From contig CM060733.1 in assembly GCA_030704615.1 (NCBI GenBank), forward strand, positions 58,466,001-58,530,000: a stretch of 64,000 nt of DNA, read 5' to 3'. The stretch is from Takakia lepidozioides. Lineage: Eukaryota; Plantae; Bryophyta. The first letter of the stretch is position 1. Each line of letters opens with the position of its first letter. The notes under the pieces are model-generated. The model was not told where the DNA came from. It worked only from the letters and a program-made list of their open reading frames with translations, and did no database searches. This document shows, in pieces, positions 12,857-23,939 of this stretch. Position numbers and translations under genes: made by a program.

Positions 12857-14032
12857 GTGACGATCGGTACCGACCATCACTTTGTCTTCTAACAAATGAA
12901 TGGAAATTCTAGTTGGTTTCCCACAGCACCTTGACTCAGTTCTCTCTAGACTGCGATGATCAGTGCCGACCATCAGGATGATGCAAGCGATGATCGGTAC
13001 CGAACATCGCAACAAGACAGCATTGGGATGCACACACCCAGGAGATCTGAATGTGATGGTCGGCACCGATCATCACTATTAGTCAGAATCCCTTCTTTCA
13101 CTCATTGAACTTGGTCTCCTCTTTTGGATTCTGGTGCATTGCCAATCCGTTCAAAAAGTGATGATCGGTACCGATCATCACAATCAGACTGGCTTGGGAA
13201 GCAGAACCCATGAGGTCTGAATGTGATGGTCAGCACCGATCATCACTCTTAGTCAGAATCCCTTCTTTCACTCACTGAACTTGGTCTCCTCTTTTGGATT
13301 CTGGTGTATTGCCAATCCATTCAAAAAGTGATGATCGGTACCGATCATCACAATCAGAGTGCCTTGGGAAGCACAACCCATGAGGTCTGGATGTGATGGT
13401 CGGCACCGATGGTCGGCACCGATCATCACTTTCCAGCAGAATTCCGCATTTCATTGTATGAGATTTAGAGCAAAGAAATGGACTTGGAGGCGATGATCGC
13501 CACCGACCATCGCTTTTCTATTACTGCAATTCCAGATCTGAAGTGGGATGGACATTTTTCAACCTAAAGCATTTCATTCTACAAATGGTTGCGGTGCGAG
13601 TTTGGATTTTGGGGTAATATCCAGTCATTACCGAAAGAGATGATCAGTACCGACCATCACAATGTAACTGCGAAGGGATGCACAAACCATGAGAGCTGAA
13701 TGTGATGGTCGGCACCGATCATCACTTTCCTGAACGACCACGCCATTTCCAAACTGATCTGAACATGAAAGGAATGGACCTTAAGCGATGATCGTTACCG
13801 ATCATCGCTTCTACGTCATTGCAAGATGCGTCTGTAGTTCCCTGACACTCTTGCATCACAATGAAATTGGCATTCTATGCTTAAATAAAGCAATGGCGAA
13901 GGTGATGGTCGGCACCGATCATCACTTTCGTCTTGAAACGTATATTTTTCTGCCTACCTGCCTTCCTGAATCTGCTGAACTACGACACCAGCTACATTCT
14001 TCTGTGAAGCGATGATCGCCACCGATCATCGC
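12857..14032. repeat. Fourteen interspersed copies of the 24-bp palindrome GTGATGATCGGTACCGATCATCAC in a 1.3-kb intron
   Basis: Starts at 12857, 12953, 12987, 13053, 13158, 13223, 13328, 13393, 13490, 13637, 13702, 13785, 13902, 14009. Includes a 170-bp higher-order duplication (13158 vs 13328). Confidence 0.95.
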
Positions 14033-15374
14033 TTTTCTCACATCTGGGGACCATCAGTAAAGAGGGAGAAGTGCATTTGAAACAACTTACGGATCTCTTC
14101 GCCTTCTTCGGCTTCGCGGCTGCATCGCTCGGATCGCCCTCTTCAGCTTTCCTCTTCCCTTTTTCATCGGTCTGAACACAAGATAAACCATGTTATTGAA
14201 TTCCACTTGGAAGGGAGAACACCAAGACTAATGAAAACAGTAGTATGCGGATATGGAGTGCTCACCATTTCTGTCTGATGTAGGGTTTGCAGACTTCCTC
14301 CCTATATGGCGTCCACTGCTCCTCCCCCTGTTCTCTTGTCTTCGGGCATGAACTCGGCTGGCACTGTCTGGTTACCTACGCTCACTACTCCAGCAGTCGC
14401 TACGACTGCGGCGACCTCACTCTCACTTCCTACATGCTCTTCTGTTTGACCTGTCTCCAAGTTCACATGCTGCCTAAACGCTGCACCATCTAGCATGCAA
14501 CGCCTCGTCATTTGCTCTTTTGATCTCAGCCTCTCTCTAAGTGATGTAAAATACAATGACTTCCTCCTCTTCCGAACCGAACAAGGAACCCTCTCCAGCT
14601 TGGCTGCCTCTTCCTCTCAGTGCAGAAACAAGAAAGATGAACAGACTCACTTGCTTGCGGGGTCCCGTCGTTTTGGGAGTGTCCCTGGAACCGTTGGATT
14701 CCCTCTTGCATGTCCGATACTTGAATGTACGTTTTCAGTGAAAATAGCGTAACCTAATTGGGACGGCTGTTCCTTTACGCGGCTGTTTTGGGTTGTTGGC
14801 ATGTGCAAACATAAAATTGACATGTGTCTTTTTTGTGACGGCTTCATTAATATCACCGTTCATCGTCATGGATGAGGATTCTCAAAGTACTTACCATGAG
14901 GCCTGCTAAGGATTTCACGGTATATGTGTACGTGGAGAGTTCTAGGCCATTTCATGCATAATCTTGAAAGCATCAACATGATCAGACATAGTGAATCTAG
15001 TCATGGCCTGACAAATGATCTAATTACTTCAATTCTCTTCCCATCATCCCTGCATGGAATCCTCAGACTGTCTTCAAGGAAGTCGGCGGGTTTTTATTGT
15101 TTTGGGGCGACCCCCAGAACTTGATGGACCATCTGTCAACTGCTCATAAGACAATGCAGACTGCAGGTCACATACGTTAATTTGACGGCGGTTTGTCAGG
15201 AACCGTCCCCCGTAACGTCACAGGTGATTAGATGGAATATCAGAATATGCACAATCTTCAAGGAACGGGTGCTTCCGCCTCATTTCATGTGCACCCAGTG
15301 TGGTGCAAAGCTGAATCTTCTGATTTCGCGAAGAAGCAGCTCAGGAAAGAGACCCCCCCGCTCGGGGACGTAAC

Positions 15375-18300
15375 ATGGTTTCCTCCGAAGTAGAGTTTTT
15401 TTTTTTGATGACAAACCAGTGCATTTCTCCAAAGAAGCCCTTGACTATGGATTCGTAATTGTTCTGGAACATGTCTTGGCTACCCAGCTTCAGAATGGCT
15501 CCATCTTCTTGGAGAAAGAGGTGTACGATTTGGACGGGAAGTTGTTGAAATACTCTTTCCAAAACCGTGATGAGACGGCTCATGTGAGCCAGTGGAGAGT
15601 GCGCCCTGGTAGATATAGAGTACTTGGAGAGCCTCGGCGAAAGTCCCTTGGATCATATGTGACGCCCGGGACTGTTGCTTCAGTCGTTCAAGACAAAAGG
15701 GAGGTTGTGGTGAAAAAAGAACAGATGTCCTCCACTCCAATCGTTGAGCTTTCGGATTCGTCTGATGATGACATTAGTGAAATTCCAACTCCAGTCCTTT
15801 GTACTGTAGTTGTGGAAGCGGATGAAGAAGAGATTTGTAGGGTCATTCCCAAACTACGGGCGATGGGAGGAATGGCAGGTTTCAAAAGCGAGTTGCGGGG
15901 AATTGATTGGGAATCTTTGAAACATGTGCCTGTGAAGTTCCTGCTAGAGACTTTTGATGGGGATATCATATTTGAGCTGCCTCCTCCTCCGTGAGTTGGA
16001 GGTATAACAAGCATGATGCACGGAATGGACAAGAAACACGACGGGCACCTATGGTGCAGAACATAAATATCCAATATTCAAAATGAGGACAAGCTTGTTT
16101 TCAGGAGAACAGTTTGCAATGAACACCTTAGGTGTGATAATTTGAATTACAGACACTTTCTTCAGTCTGGGGTTCATAATCAAAGCAAGTGGGAAGGTCT
16201 CGCGGAAAATCCATTTAAGACTGGGACTGCTCCTCCACAGGCAACCACTTTCGTTTGCAAATTCTGCAAACTTGTACCATCCTGCCTAGCGCTGTGCAGA
16301 GCAAGAATGTACTATGTTGTCCACCGTTTGAAAACAATGACAAGAGCTTGTGTGCATTTCGGTTTCCATAACCATCCTGTCTCGAAGAGGGATTACAGGG
16401 ATAGTGTTGAGATAGTATCGAGGTTGATTAAACAGGAGTACGAGAGAAACCCATCCGCAACAACATCTGCAATTGCTCTTGGCGCAAGCAAGTCCTTCTT
16501 GGAAAGCCATATTTTGAGTGAAGGGGATTCTGTGGGGACTAAACTTGACGGCGTAGCATTGGACGTTGTCATGGATCATATCTCCACTTTGAGTTCACCT
16601 AACATTCGGCATCAGGTCAATGCATTGAGAATGGGCTATGGGATCAGAGGCTACATAGACAACATTTTGGAATTGAAACGACTAAGCAAGTACGACTACA
16701 TCCAGGATAATGTTTTTCCAGGTCAAGGTGCCATCAAAGTATTTCTTTTCAAAATGTCGACTGCTGGGGAGGGCAGTGGGGTTAGCCTCGTGCAGCGGAT
16801 GCAGAAGATTGGGGACCTGCAGAATTGTTTTCTTATGTTTGATCATGTGAAACGAGTGAAAGATTGGACGACAATGGCTTGTCGTGTCTACGATCCAGTG
16901 TACCAACGAGTTATGACAATTGCAGTTTGTGACATGCAATCCAAGGATACGGAATCCCAGAAACTCATGTGGAATTCCCTGGTACATGTTATGGGCTGCC
17001 ATGGGGTGCCACCTCCAAATTTTGCCGGTTTCATGGCAGATAGTGCTCAGTCAAATTCAATGCAGTTCGAATTGTCTTCGGATCAGGCGACCCAAAAGTG
17101 CCAATGCCGAGAAGAGAGCGTACATGTCTATTCCATTGGACACAATCTTTGGAGAAACATACAAACTCGGACATCAAACCAGAGATGCAGACACAGCACC
17201 ATAAATTGTGCAAAGAGTACAAGATGCTAGAACAATGAAGGAGGCGGACATTTTGTTCCAGACAATTCGTGCCTGGTGGTTCTCTTCTGGAGCTGCATCG
17301 CTTGAGAGTATGAGAGCATTGGGAGATTGGCTGGCATTTTGGCACTTCCGGTACAGACAGTGGGGAGCAGCCATGACAATGGTGCGATGCTTCTATTGCT
17401 TGCTTTATTCATACATAAATTTACTTTCCAAATTTTGCTCTCCTTACTTTCTTTATGTTGTTCCCTGTGCACTGTTATGAAGTGTGGTTCTCCACTTTGC
17501 AGAACATGTCCATTGAGGAAATGGCGGACATGTCATCTTGTAACTTGGCAGAGACTGTGCACAACGCATGGTTGCAACAGTCTAGGAAACGAGGTCGGGA
17601 TTTGTATGTGGCAACAACAGATGATCTGATACGTGCCTTGCAACAACAAACCAGATACCGTGATTTCTTGCGAGGTGGGGCTGGTGGCAAGGGTCCGGAC
17701 AAACTGGAGTTGATGTTGCGTGCTGCAAACAGATCTGGGGATCAAGCAAAATAGCACGAGCGGTGAGCATGTATGCCCAGGGAACGCCACTTGTTTCTAG
17801 AGTTCCACATCTTGAAGGGGATAAGAGATTCGGCTCCTGTAAGAGGAAATTGAACACCCCACCTGGTTCGGATTCCGATTCGCACAGGGCAGACCGTGAT
17901 AACTTCTTGAAGCCTCGTGTTCCCCTGCATGACAGATCCATGTCCGGAACCTCCATTCTGGATGAACCTCCGACACGACGGCAGGCTCCAGCATCAAACA
18001 GTACCACTGAAATAGTGCAGGAGAGAAACTACCCCCTTGATGTGCTGGAGTCCGCATGCCCCGACGTGCTGCCTGGGGTATTGTATCAAGGAAAAGTTCA
18101 GGTCTGTGGACTTCTAACATGTTGTGCCTCCTGGTAAAATATGTTCAAAACCTTAAACCCCAAATTTCCACAAGAAAATGAAGGAACAAGTGTGAAGACC
18201 ATGGAGATGTAGTAATGGACAATACCTTTTGAACGTTGTATGCTATATATTTGACTAGGGGTTCCTGCCCACACGTTTGGCACATAAAACGCACAAGTGC

Positions 18301-19210
18301 AGGGTCTCGTGTGAAATGTACAGCGATCAGGGCAACTAATTTCGAGAAGTGCACTTCATCTATATCCAGAGGCGGTGCCCGGACTCCTGCTCCGACTTTC
18401 ACGGGTTTGATGCGTCCATACGGCCAACCAGAAGCCAAGAACCACAAGTTCTGGTTCTGCGCAGACGATTGTGGTAAATGTGTGCATGGAACTATGCGTC
18501 CTTCCGTGGTGATGAAGCCACCTCCTCCAACCGTTTGGCCCGTCAAGGTGGGAACACATCTCACAAGTCAGGAGATTGTAATGCTGGAGGAGGTAGACTT
18601 TTCCCTTGCGAGACAACCCCAACTACATGCATGTGCTTCTACTTCTGCGTCCTCTCGGGTCCATCCGGCAAATCCTCACTTGGGGCCAACCAAACGAGAT
18701 GGAAAGCTGGTTCGGCGTTTCCCTCCAACCGTTGAACACTTCGGCAAAGTGGAGTCCGCAAGAATGCTCCAAGCTCGTGTTGCAAGCACCACGGAAGTGC
18801 CCGATCCAGGATATGGTCGGGTGTACACAATGATCACTTCGACATCTGTTGTTCATAACAGGGCCTACCACATCACGGTTTTCAATTTCCCCAATTGCAC
18901 ATGTCCTGATTTTGTGAATATACTATCAACCAGTTTGGGCAAAAGAAGTAAATTCATACCCTGCAAACATTTGTATTTTATATTTTTGAAGAGGATGGTT
19001 TGCGATCCCAAACGTGACAACTTCTTTCACCAGGCCACTCTGAGTTTCAACGAGGTCGATACTCTATTGCAGCGGGATACAACACATAGGTATCATCAAC
19101 TATGCAATGCGGTATGTGGACGACCATGCTATGAAATGTGCAATTTGCAACATTGTCATGGAAATTCATTTCAAATCAATTCGTTTGCAACATCGTTGGC
19201 GGTGCAATGA
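15375..19210 (+). pseudogene. MULE/Mutator-like transposase copy 2 (GCM-like, DDE, SWIM), disrupted
   Basis: Collinear with 5572-8919: MFDHVKRVK, FMADSAQ, CNLAETVH, CTCPDF..PCKH. Intron 17382-17502 is at the same codon position. Stops at ~15994 and ~17752, several frameshifts. Confidence 0.87.
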
Positions 19211-19697
19211 TATGGCGTCCCTTATCCCTCCATTATGCTTCCAACTATACTGAGTGAGCTCTGAGTGGCAACTTTTAAAAGCACATGCATCATTCCACCT
19301 TTCGAAGTCTACATGTCTTCCTGTCGCTATGCACTGCAATCATCTTTTGAAGATGATCATAATTCTCATTGTTATTTGGGGAGGGAGCAAGGTCTTTCCG
19401 TGGCAGCCTCTATGGCGCACACTTTGTGAGGATATTTTCTCGTCCTTGTAATTGTAAAAGTGAAACAAACATTTGTAATTGCACAATGTTGGATGCTACA
19501 ATTGTAGGCCTCATGGTAGTCTTGATTGTATTCAGCCAAGGATTCCCTGCATTAATCCCACGGTCATAGGACCATCCTCGGTTATAGGTGGCGCATGTTC
19601 ATGCTGACGTGGCAGATGACGGCGCAGTGCCTCGTCAGCATTTGTCACCATATCAGCCTGTTGACATCACGCTCACGCCCACGCGCAAGGCTCACGC

Positions 19698-22600
19698 CAT
19701 TGCGTCGTTGCACCCACGTATCCATTTTAATACCCCCTTCTATCACTTACACGACGCTAAGTATGAAACATGCCTAGCGTCGATCCTCCCCTCCATTCTA
19801 CATCTACCATCTCCTAACAACAAGGCTACATATCTTACTCACGCCCTTTGGGACTCAGCCCTACGATCCTTCCCCGTCACCCTCTCATCTATCTCCTCAC
19901 CCTTCTCCACTCGTCGTTATGCACCATTTTATGATGAAGAATGCAAGGTTGCTAGACATCACATCAAATCTCTACTACTCGATACCATTCTTCTCCAGAG
20001 TCCACAAACCTTACTTTTAAGACTATAAGTCCCTCATTAGATCCAAAAAGAGAGCATATAATCTCAAGTTGCAATCTTCTTTCCTTGCTAAAGTCAAATT
20101 TTCTCCTCGTTATTTTTTGTCCCTCCTTAAACCTCACAGAGAGCCTCCCCCCATCACTGACATTCACGTCTGGCATGAGTATGCCCAGTCTTTGTACCAT
20201 TCCCCAACCCAAACTCCCTCTCCCATAACCTCTAAACCCCTTCACTTTTAAAAAAAAAACTACAACCAATGTCATCAAGGCAATCAAGAAGCTGCAAAAT
20301 AGCAGGGCAGTGGACATTTCAAGACTTCAGAGTGAATTCATATCAAGTACGCTGCACCTACTTTAGCCCCATTTATAGCTCACCTCTTCAATGAGATAGC
20401 GCAACGGGGCTTTCCAACAGAGTGCACAAAGAGCATCATCCATCCATTCTTCAAAAGCGGTGACGGGCTCACACCGACCAACTATCGCACTATTATGGTG
20501 GACCCTCATTACTTGCTAAACTGTTTGGGGCAGTAGTGGCCATGGAACTGGATGATTGGGCTGAGTCCTCTCACATACATGCTAAGGGACAGGCTGGTTG
20601 CCGTCGCAACAAATCCACTCTTGACCACATTTTCACTCTTCAGGTCATGGTGGAACGTGCATGCAGCTATGACAAAAAAATGGTTTATGTTTGCTTCGTG
20701 GACTTTCACAAGGCCTTTATTCTGTTCATCGAGACCTTCTCTTCCAATAGCTCCATAGGAGTGGGAGTCCCTCCAGACATCTTTTATGCCATCTCTTCTA
20801 TGTATGAGATTGTCACTGACATGGTCAAAGTTGCTAGTGAATTCTCAGCAGATGTCCATAGCAACATTGGAGTCAAACAGGGCTGCCCCCTTTCACCTAC
20901 CCTTTCGGGATCTACATTGGCACCTTGGAGGTTTACAATGTTTTGAAGTAGAACTAGTGGCTTCACTATCTCTACTCATCTTGTCTGACTGGTCCCTAGA
21001 CCGTTTGGGAAGAGGACTGTCTACTGTAGGGTTTGAAGACCGCTAGCTTGGAGGAAAAGCCTAATTGACCCTGCAAACAATCAGAACTTGTTCTAGACTC
21101 CCTTCAAACTCTGATCCCATTTGTTCTTAATCTATGCTATGGACTACAAGCCATCTGCAATAGTAAGCAACACTTAATGGACCCTTCAGTATGAAGCTGA
21201 ACCTTCAAGGTTTCTCTCCTCTCTGAGCTCAGTCTCTCTTTGCTAAGACCTCACTCAGACAAGGACACAGGGACATAGAATGAAGACACGTGAACACTTC
21301 ATTACGTTTCTGAATTGTTACACAAACACATATATCACCAAGAAGGTATCTCTCGGTGGTATGTCAATATGTCGGTTCAGGGCCTCAGGCTGAACTTTAG
21401 TGATCTGTCAGTGGACTTCACTTAACTAGTGATCTGTCCACTTGACTGGTGATCTGTCACTAAACTCTTGGTTCAATGATGTATTGTTAGCCTATCAAAT
21501 AGTCTAAGGACATAGTAAAAAACCTTCCTTGTTTTACTGCTAACAAAACTCCTAACCAGCCTTGTTAATTGCTAATTAAAGCAACTAACCACTTCTAAGC
21601 TGAAGTACTTTTTTCAACATACATATCAAAAAATTACCATGGGGTTGGGTCACCATTGGATGGGGGAGAAACGCAATCATATCATCTCCTCTACGCTGAT
21701 GATGTTGCCCTTTTGGCACAATCTCCGATCTTTCTGCAACGCCATCTCCACCCCTGGACAGATTGACTAAAGGTAAGGCGGCCTCCGTCCGCCTTCAAGC
21801 CAAATGCAAACAAATACATCTACGTCACCCCCCAACCAAAAAGTGGCTATTTGACAGTGTCGTCAGCCCTGCTACCCTCTATGGTTGTGACTTTTGGGCA
21901 CCTGGTGTTCCTTTCTCCTGGTGGGAAAAGAATATGGAACCATTGCAATCATCTTTTCTCCAAGCAATGTTTAGCGCCAGAAGCACAACTCCATCTCATA
22001 TCCTGGGTGCAGAGTTCGCATGCGTGCCACTGCTAACCGAGGCCCTCTTCTGGCTTACAATCTTTCTCCATAGATTACAGGCCCTTCCACCCAAGGAGCT
22101 CGTGGCAAGAGCCCTCGCAACATCTATGCTCGGCTCAAAGCTACAGGTTTTCAGGCACTCATTGTATGCTCGAGTGGACAGTTTATTTCAGCGCAACAGA
22201 CTATCTACTGCTTCCATATTACCAATGAATCCAGAAGGGGTGGACATCACATCCAGACATGACCGCAACAGACTCATTCGGAGGGAACTTATGGAATTAC
22301 ATGTCAAGAGAACTTGGAAGCTATCCAATCTCACAACAAAGCTCCACTTCTATCGAGAGACATTCTTGGTGCTCCGAGATGATAGAATCTTGAGGCCAAA
22401 TTACCTTTCAGCATCTTTATCTCCTTCCCTCCTGAGGACATTGGGGCGGTTCAGGGTGGTTCCCACAACCTACGGATAGAGATTGGTAGATGGGAAAACC
22501 TGCAACGGGAGGACCGCCTATGTCCAGCTTGCATAGGGCACAGCTGGGAAATTGAAATTAAAGAAAATTTCTTCTTCTACTGCCCTCTATACTACGAGAT

Positions 22601-22847
22601 CCGTGGGAGATTCCATTATTTATTCAGTGGAACCCAATCTCTCACTGGAGTCTTCCACATGAGGATCAAAAAATGCTTGGCAGCTTACCTGCACGAGGCC
22701 TTCACCCTTAGACACTAGAACAATAGTTCTTATTCTTGGCTTTTGGTTTTGTTTCCTCTCCCATGTTTTCTTCCATTTTGTCCCATTAGCTCTATGAGCT
22801 TTCCGCGGATGTTATAAAGCACCATTTCATTTCATTCATTTCATTTC
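19698..22847 (+). mobile_element. LINE 3' part: degenerate reverse transcriptase, C-terminal CxxC region and (TTTCA)n tail
   Basis: PFYDEECK, CFVDFHKAF, GVKQGCPLSPTL, YADD at ~21692-21703, RLCPAC near 22515, tail CATTTCATTTCATTCATTTCATTTC at ~22823-22847. Confidence 0.88.
20939..21619. mobile_element. Probable solo LTR inserted into the LINE RT
   Basis: TGTT...AACA termini, flanks TACAA/TACAT (4 of 5 match). It separates QGCPLSP from YADD, which are normally close. Confidence 0.6.
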
Positions 22848-23453
22848 TCATGGCCTCGTTTCCTGGTTCATTGTTCGTTGGATTATCTGTCATAGTTCTC
22901 CGTGACCACACACATGGACGGATGAATGCCATGATTCATCCGCTGGGTGAAGGCGCAAAAAAATTCACCGCAACATGCCGGTCCTCTCTTTTCTTTCCAC
23001 TTCAAACACTGCCCTAGAATAGCGTTGTGTATATGTAGGCGCTTTACATGGTGCAATCTCCACTCTGACAAGTGATCTACGTTTCTGTAAGGCTCCTACA
23101 GCAAAACAGGAGTGATCTTACGAATTCGTATGGCCACACTTCAATTTTTAATTTTTTTAAATTGAATTCTCGGGTAGTTCTTTACGCAGGAGAAGGGCCC
23201 ATGTGTCGGGCCTCCCGCCATTTTCGGGACCTAGGCCTCGGGCTACCGCCCTCACATGGCGGAAGGCCCTCCACTCAGGCCCTTCTCTTATACGAGACTC
23301 ATTACCCTCATCACAATAGTAAGCTTTACAACAAGGAGGGTTGATGCATACTAGCTTTGAATAATAGGGTTCATTTTTATATTTGATTTTTGATTTTTGA
23401 TAAAGGGGATGAAGCCCCGATATTTTATTTATGAGGGAAAAAATAAAACCCCT

Positions 23454-23780
23454 TGTCAAGTTATTTTACCACTAGTGTGAAACTAGCTAGGAAATAGCTA
23501 TCTTTTACATATTGACATTTGGGATTGGCCCAAGTGTCAATCCAGGGGTCAAGGCAGATTTAGGCCCTGGAGTGGTTATCTTCACGGCAAGCGCGGGAGG
23601 CTCATCTTTCTCGAGTTGAGCCTCACCGCGCCTAGCTATGGCGCCGTAGTGTGGATTCCCCATGGCGTGGGGTGCACTTGGCTTGACTTGTATTTGAGTG
23701 ATGAGGTTATATATGCATGAGTTTATGCTTCAGCTTTGTGAGCTCGCATGAGCTCGTGCTTGTATTCTTCTTCTTTATCA
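23454..23780 (+). repeat. Repeat A1 (327 bp) of Gypsy copy 1
   Basis: Matches 27747-28073 with about 2 mismatches. Confidence 0.95.
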
Positions 23781-23939
23781 CTCGAGAAAGATCAGCTCGT
23801 ATCTATGAGTGCTAGATACGAGTTAGTTGTAGCACTTGTGGTTTTTGCTTGAGATTGAGAGAAACCAAGTTGTTATGCAAGGAGCACCATGGAGCTCTTG
23901 GTTGTTAGAAGCGGAGGTGATGTGGGTTACGAGGGGGTG

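Larger units (their letters stand above)
10369..14700 (-). pseudogene. Multi-exon gene encoding a ParB/sulfiredoxin-like domain protein (transposon accessory gene); frameshifts and stops
   Basis: Frame-consistent GT-AG introns at 14090-12793, 12170-12063, 11869-11786 and 11034-10625. The exon from 12792 encodes VVRP..F..GY..FYV..FYVWDGNHRLLAW (DGNHR at 12304-12318), then LLTAMHDVN after a frameshift near 12230. 5' end uncertain. Confidence 0.72.
10369..19700. mobile_element. Mutator-like element copy 2 (ParB-like gene on minus strand, transposase on plus strand); ends approximate
   Basis: Lies between the endonuclease and RT halves of a LINE. Gene pair is homologous to copy 1. Confidence 0.7.

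Noticed and set aside
12857-14032. CRISPR array
   Set aside because: Spacers vary from about 10 to 120 bp and several are homologous to each other. No cas genes are present and the context is a eukaryotic intron.
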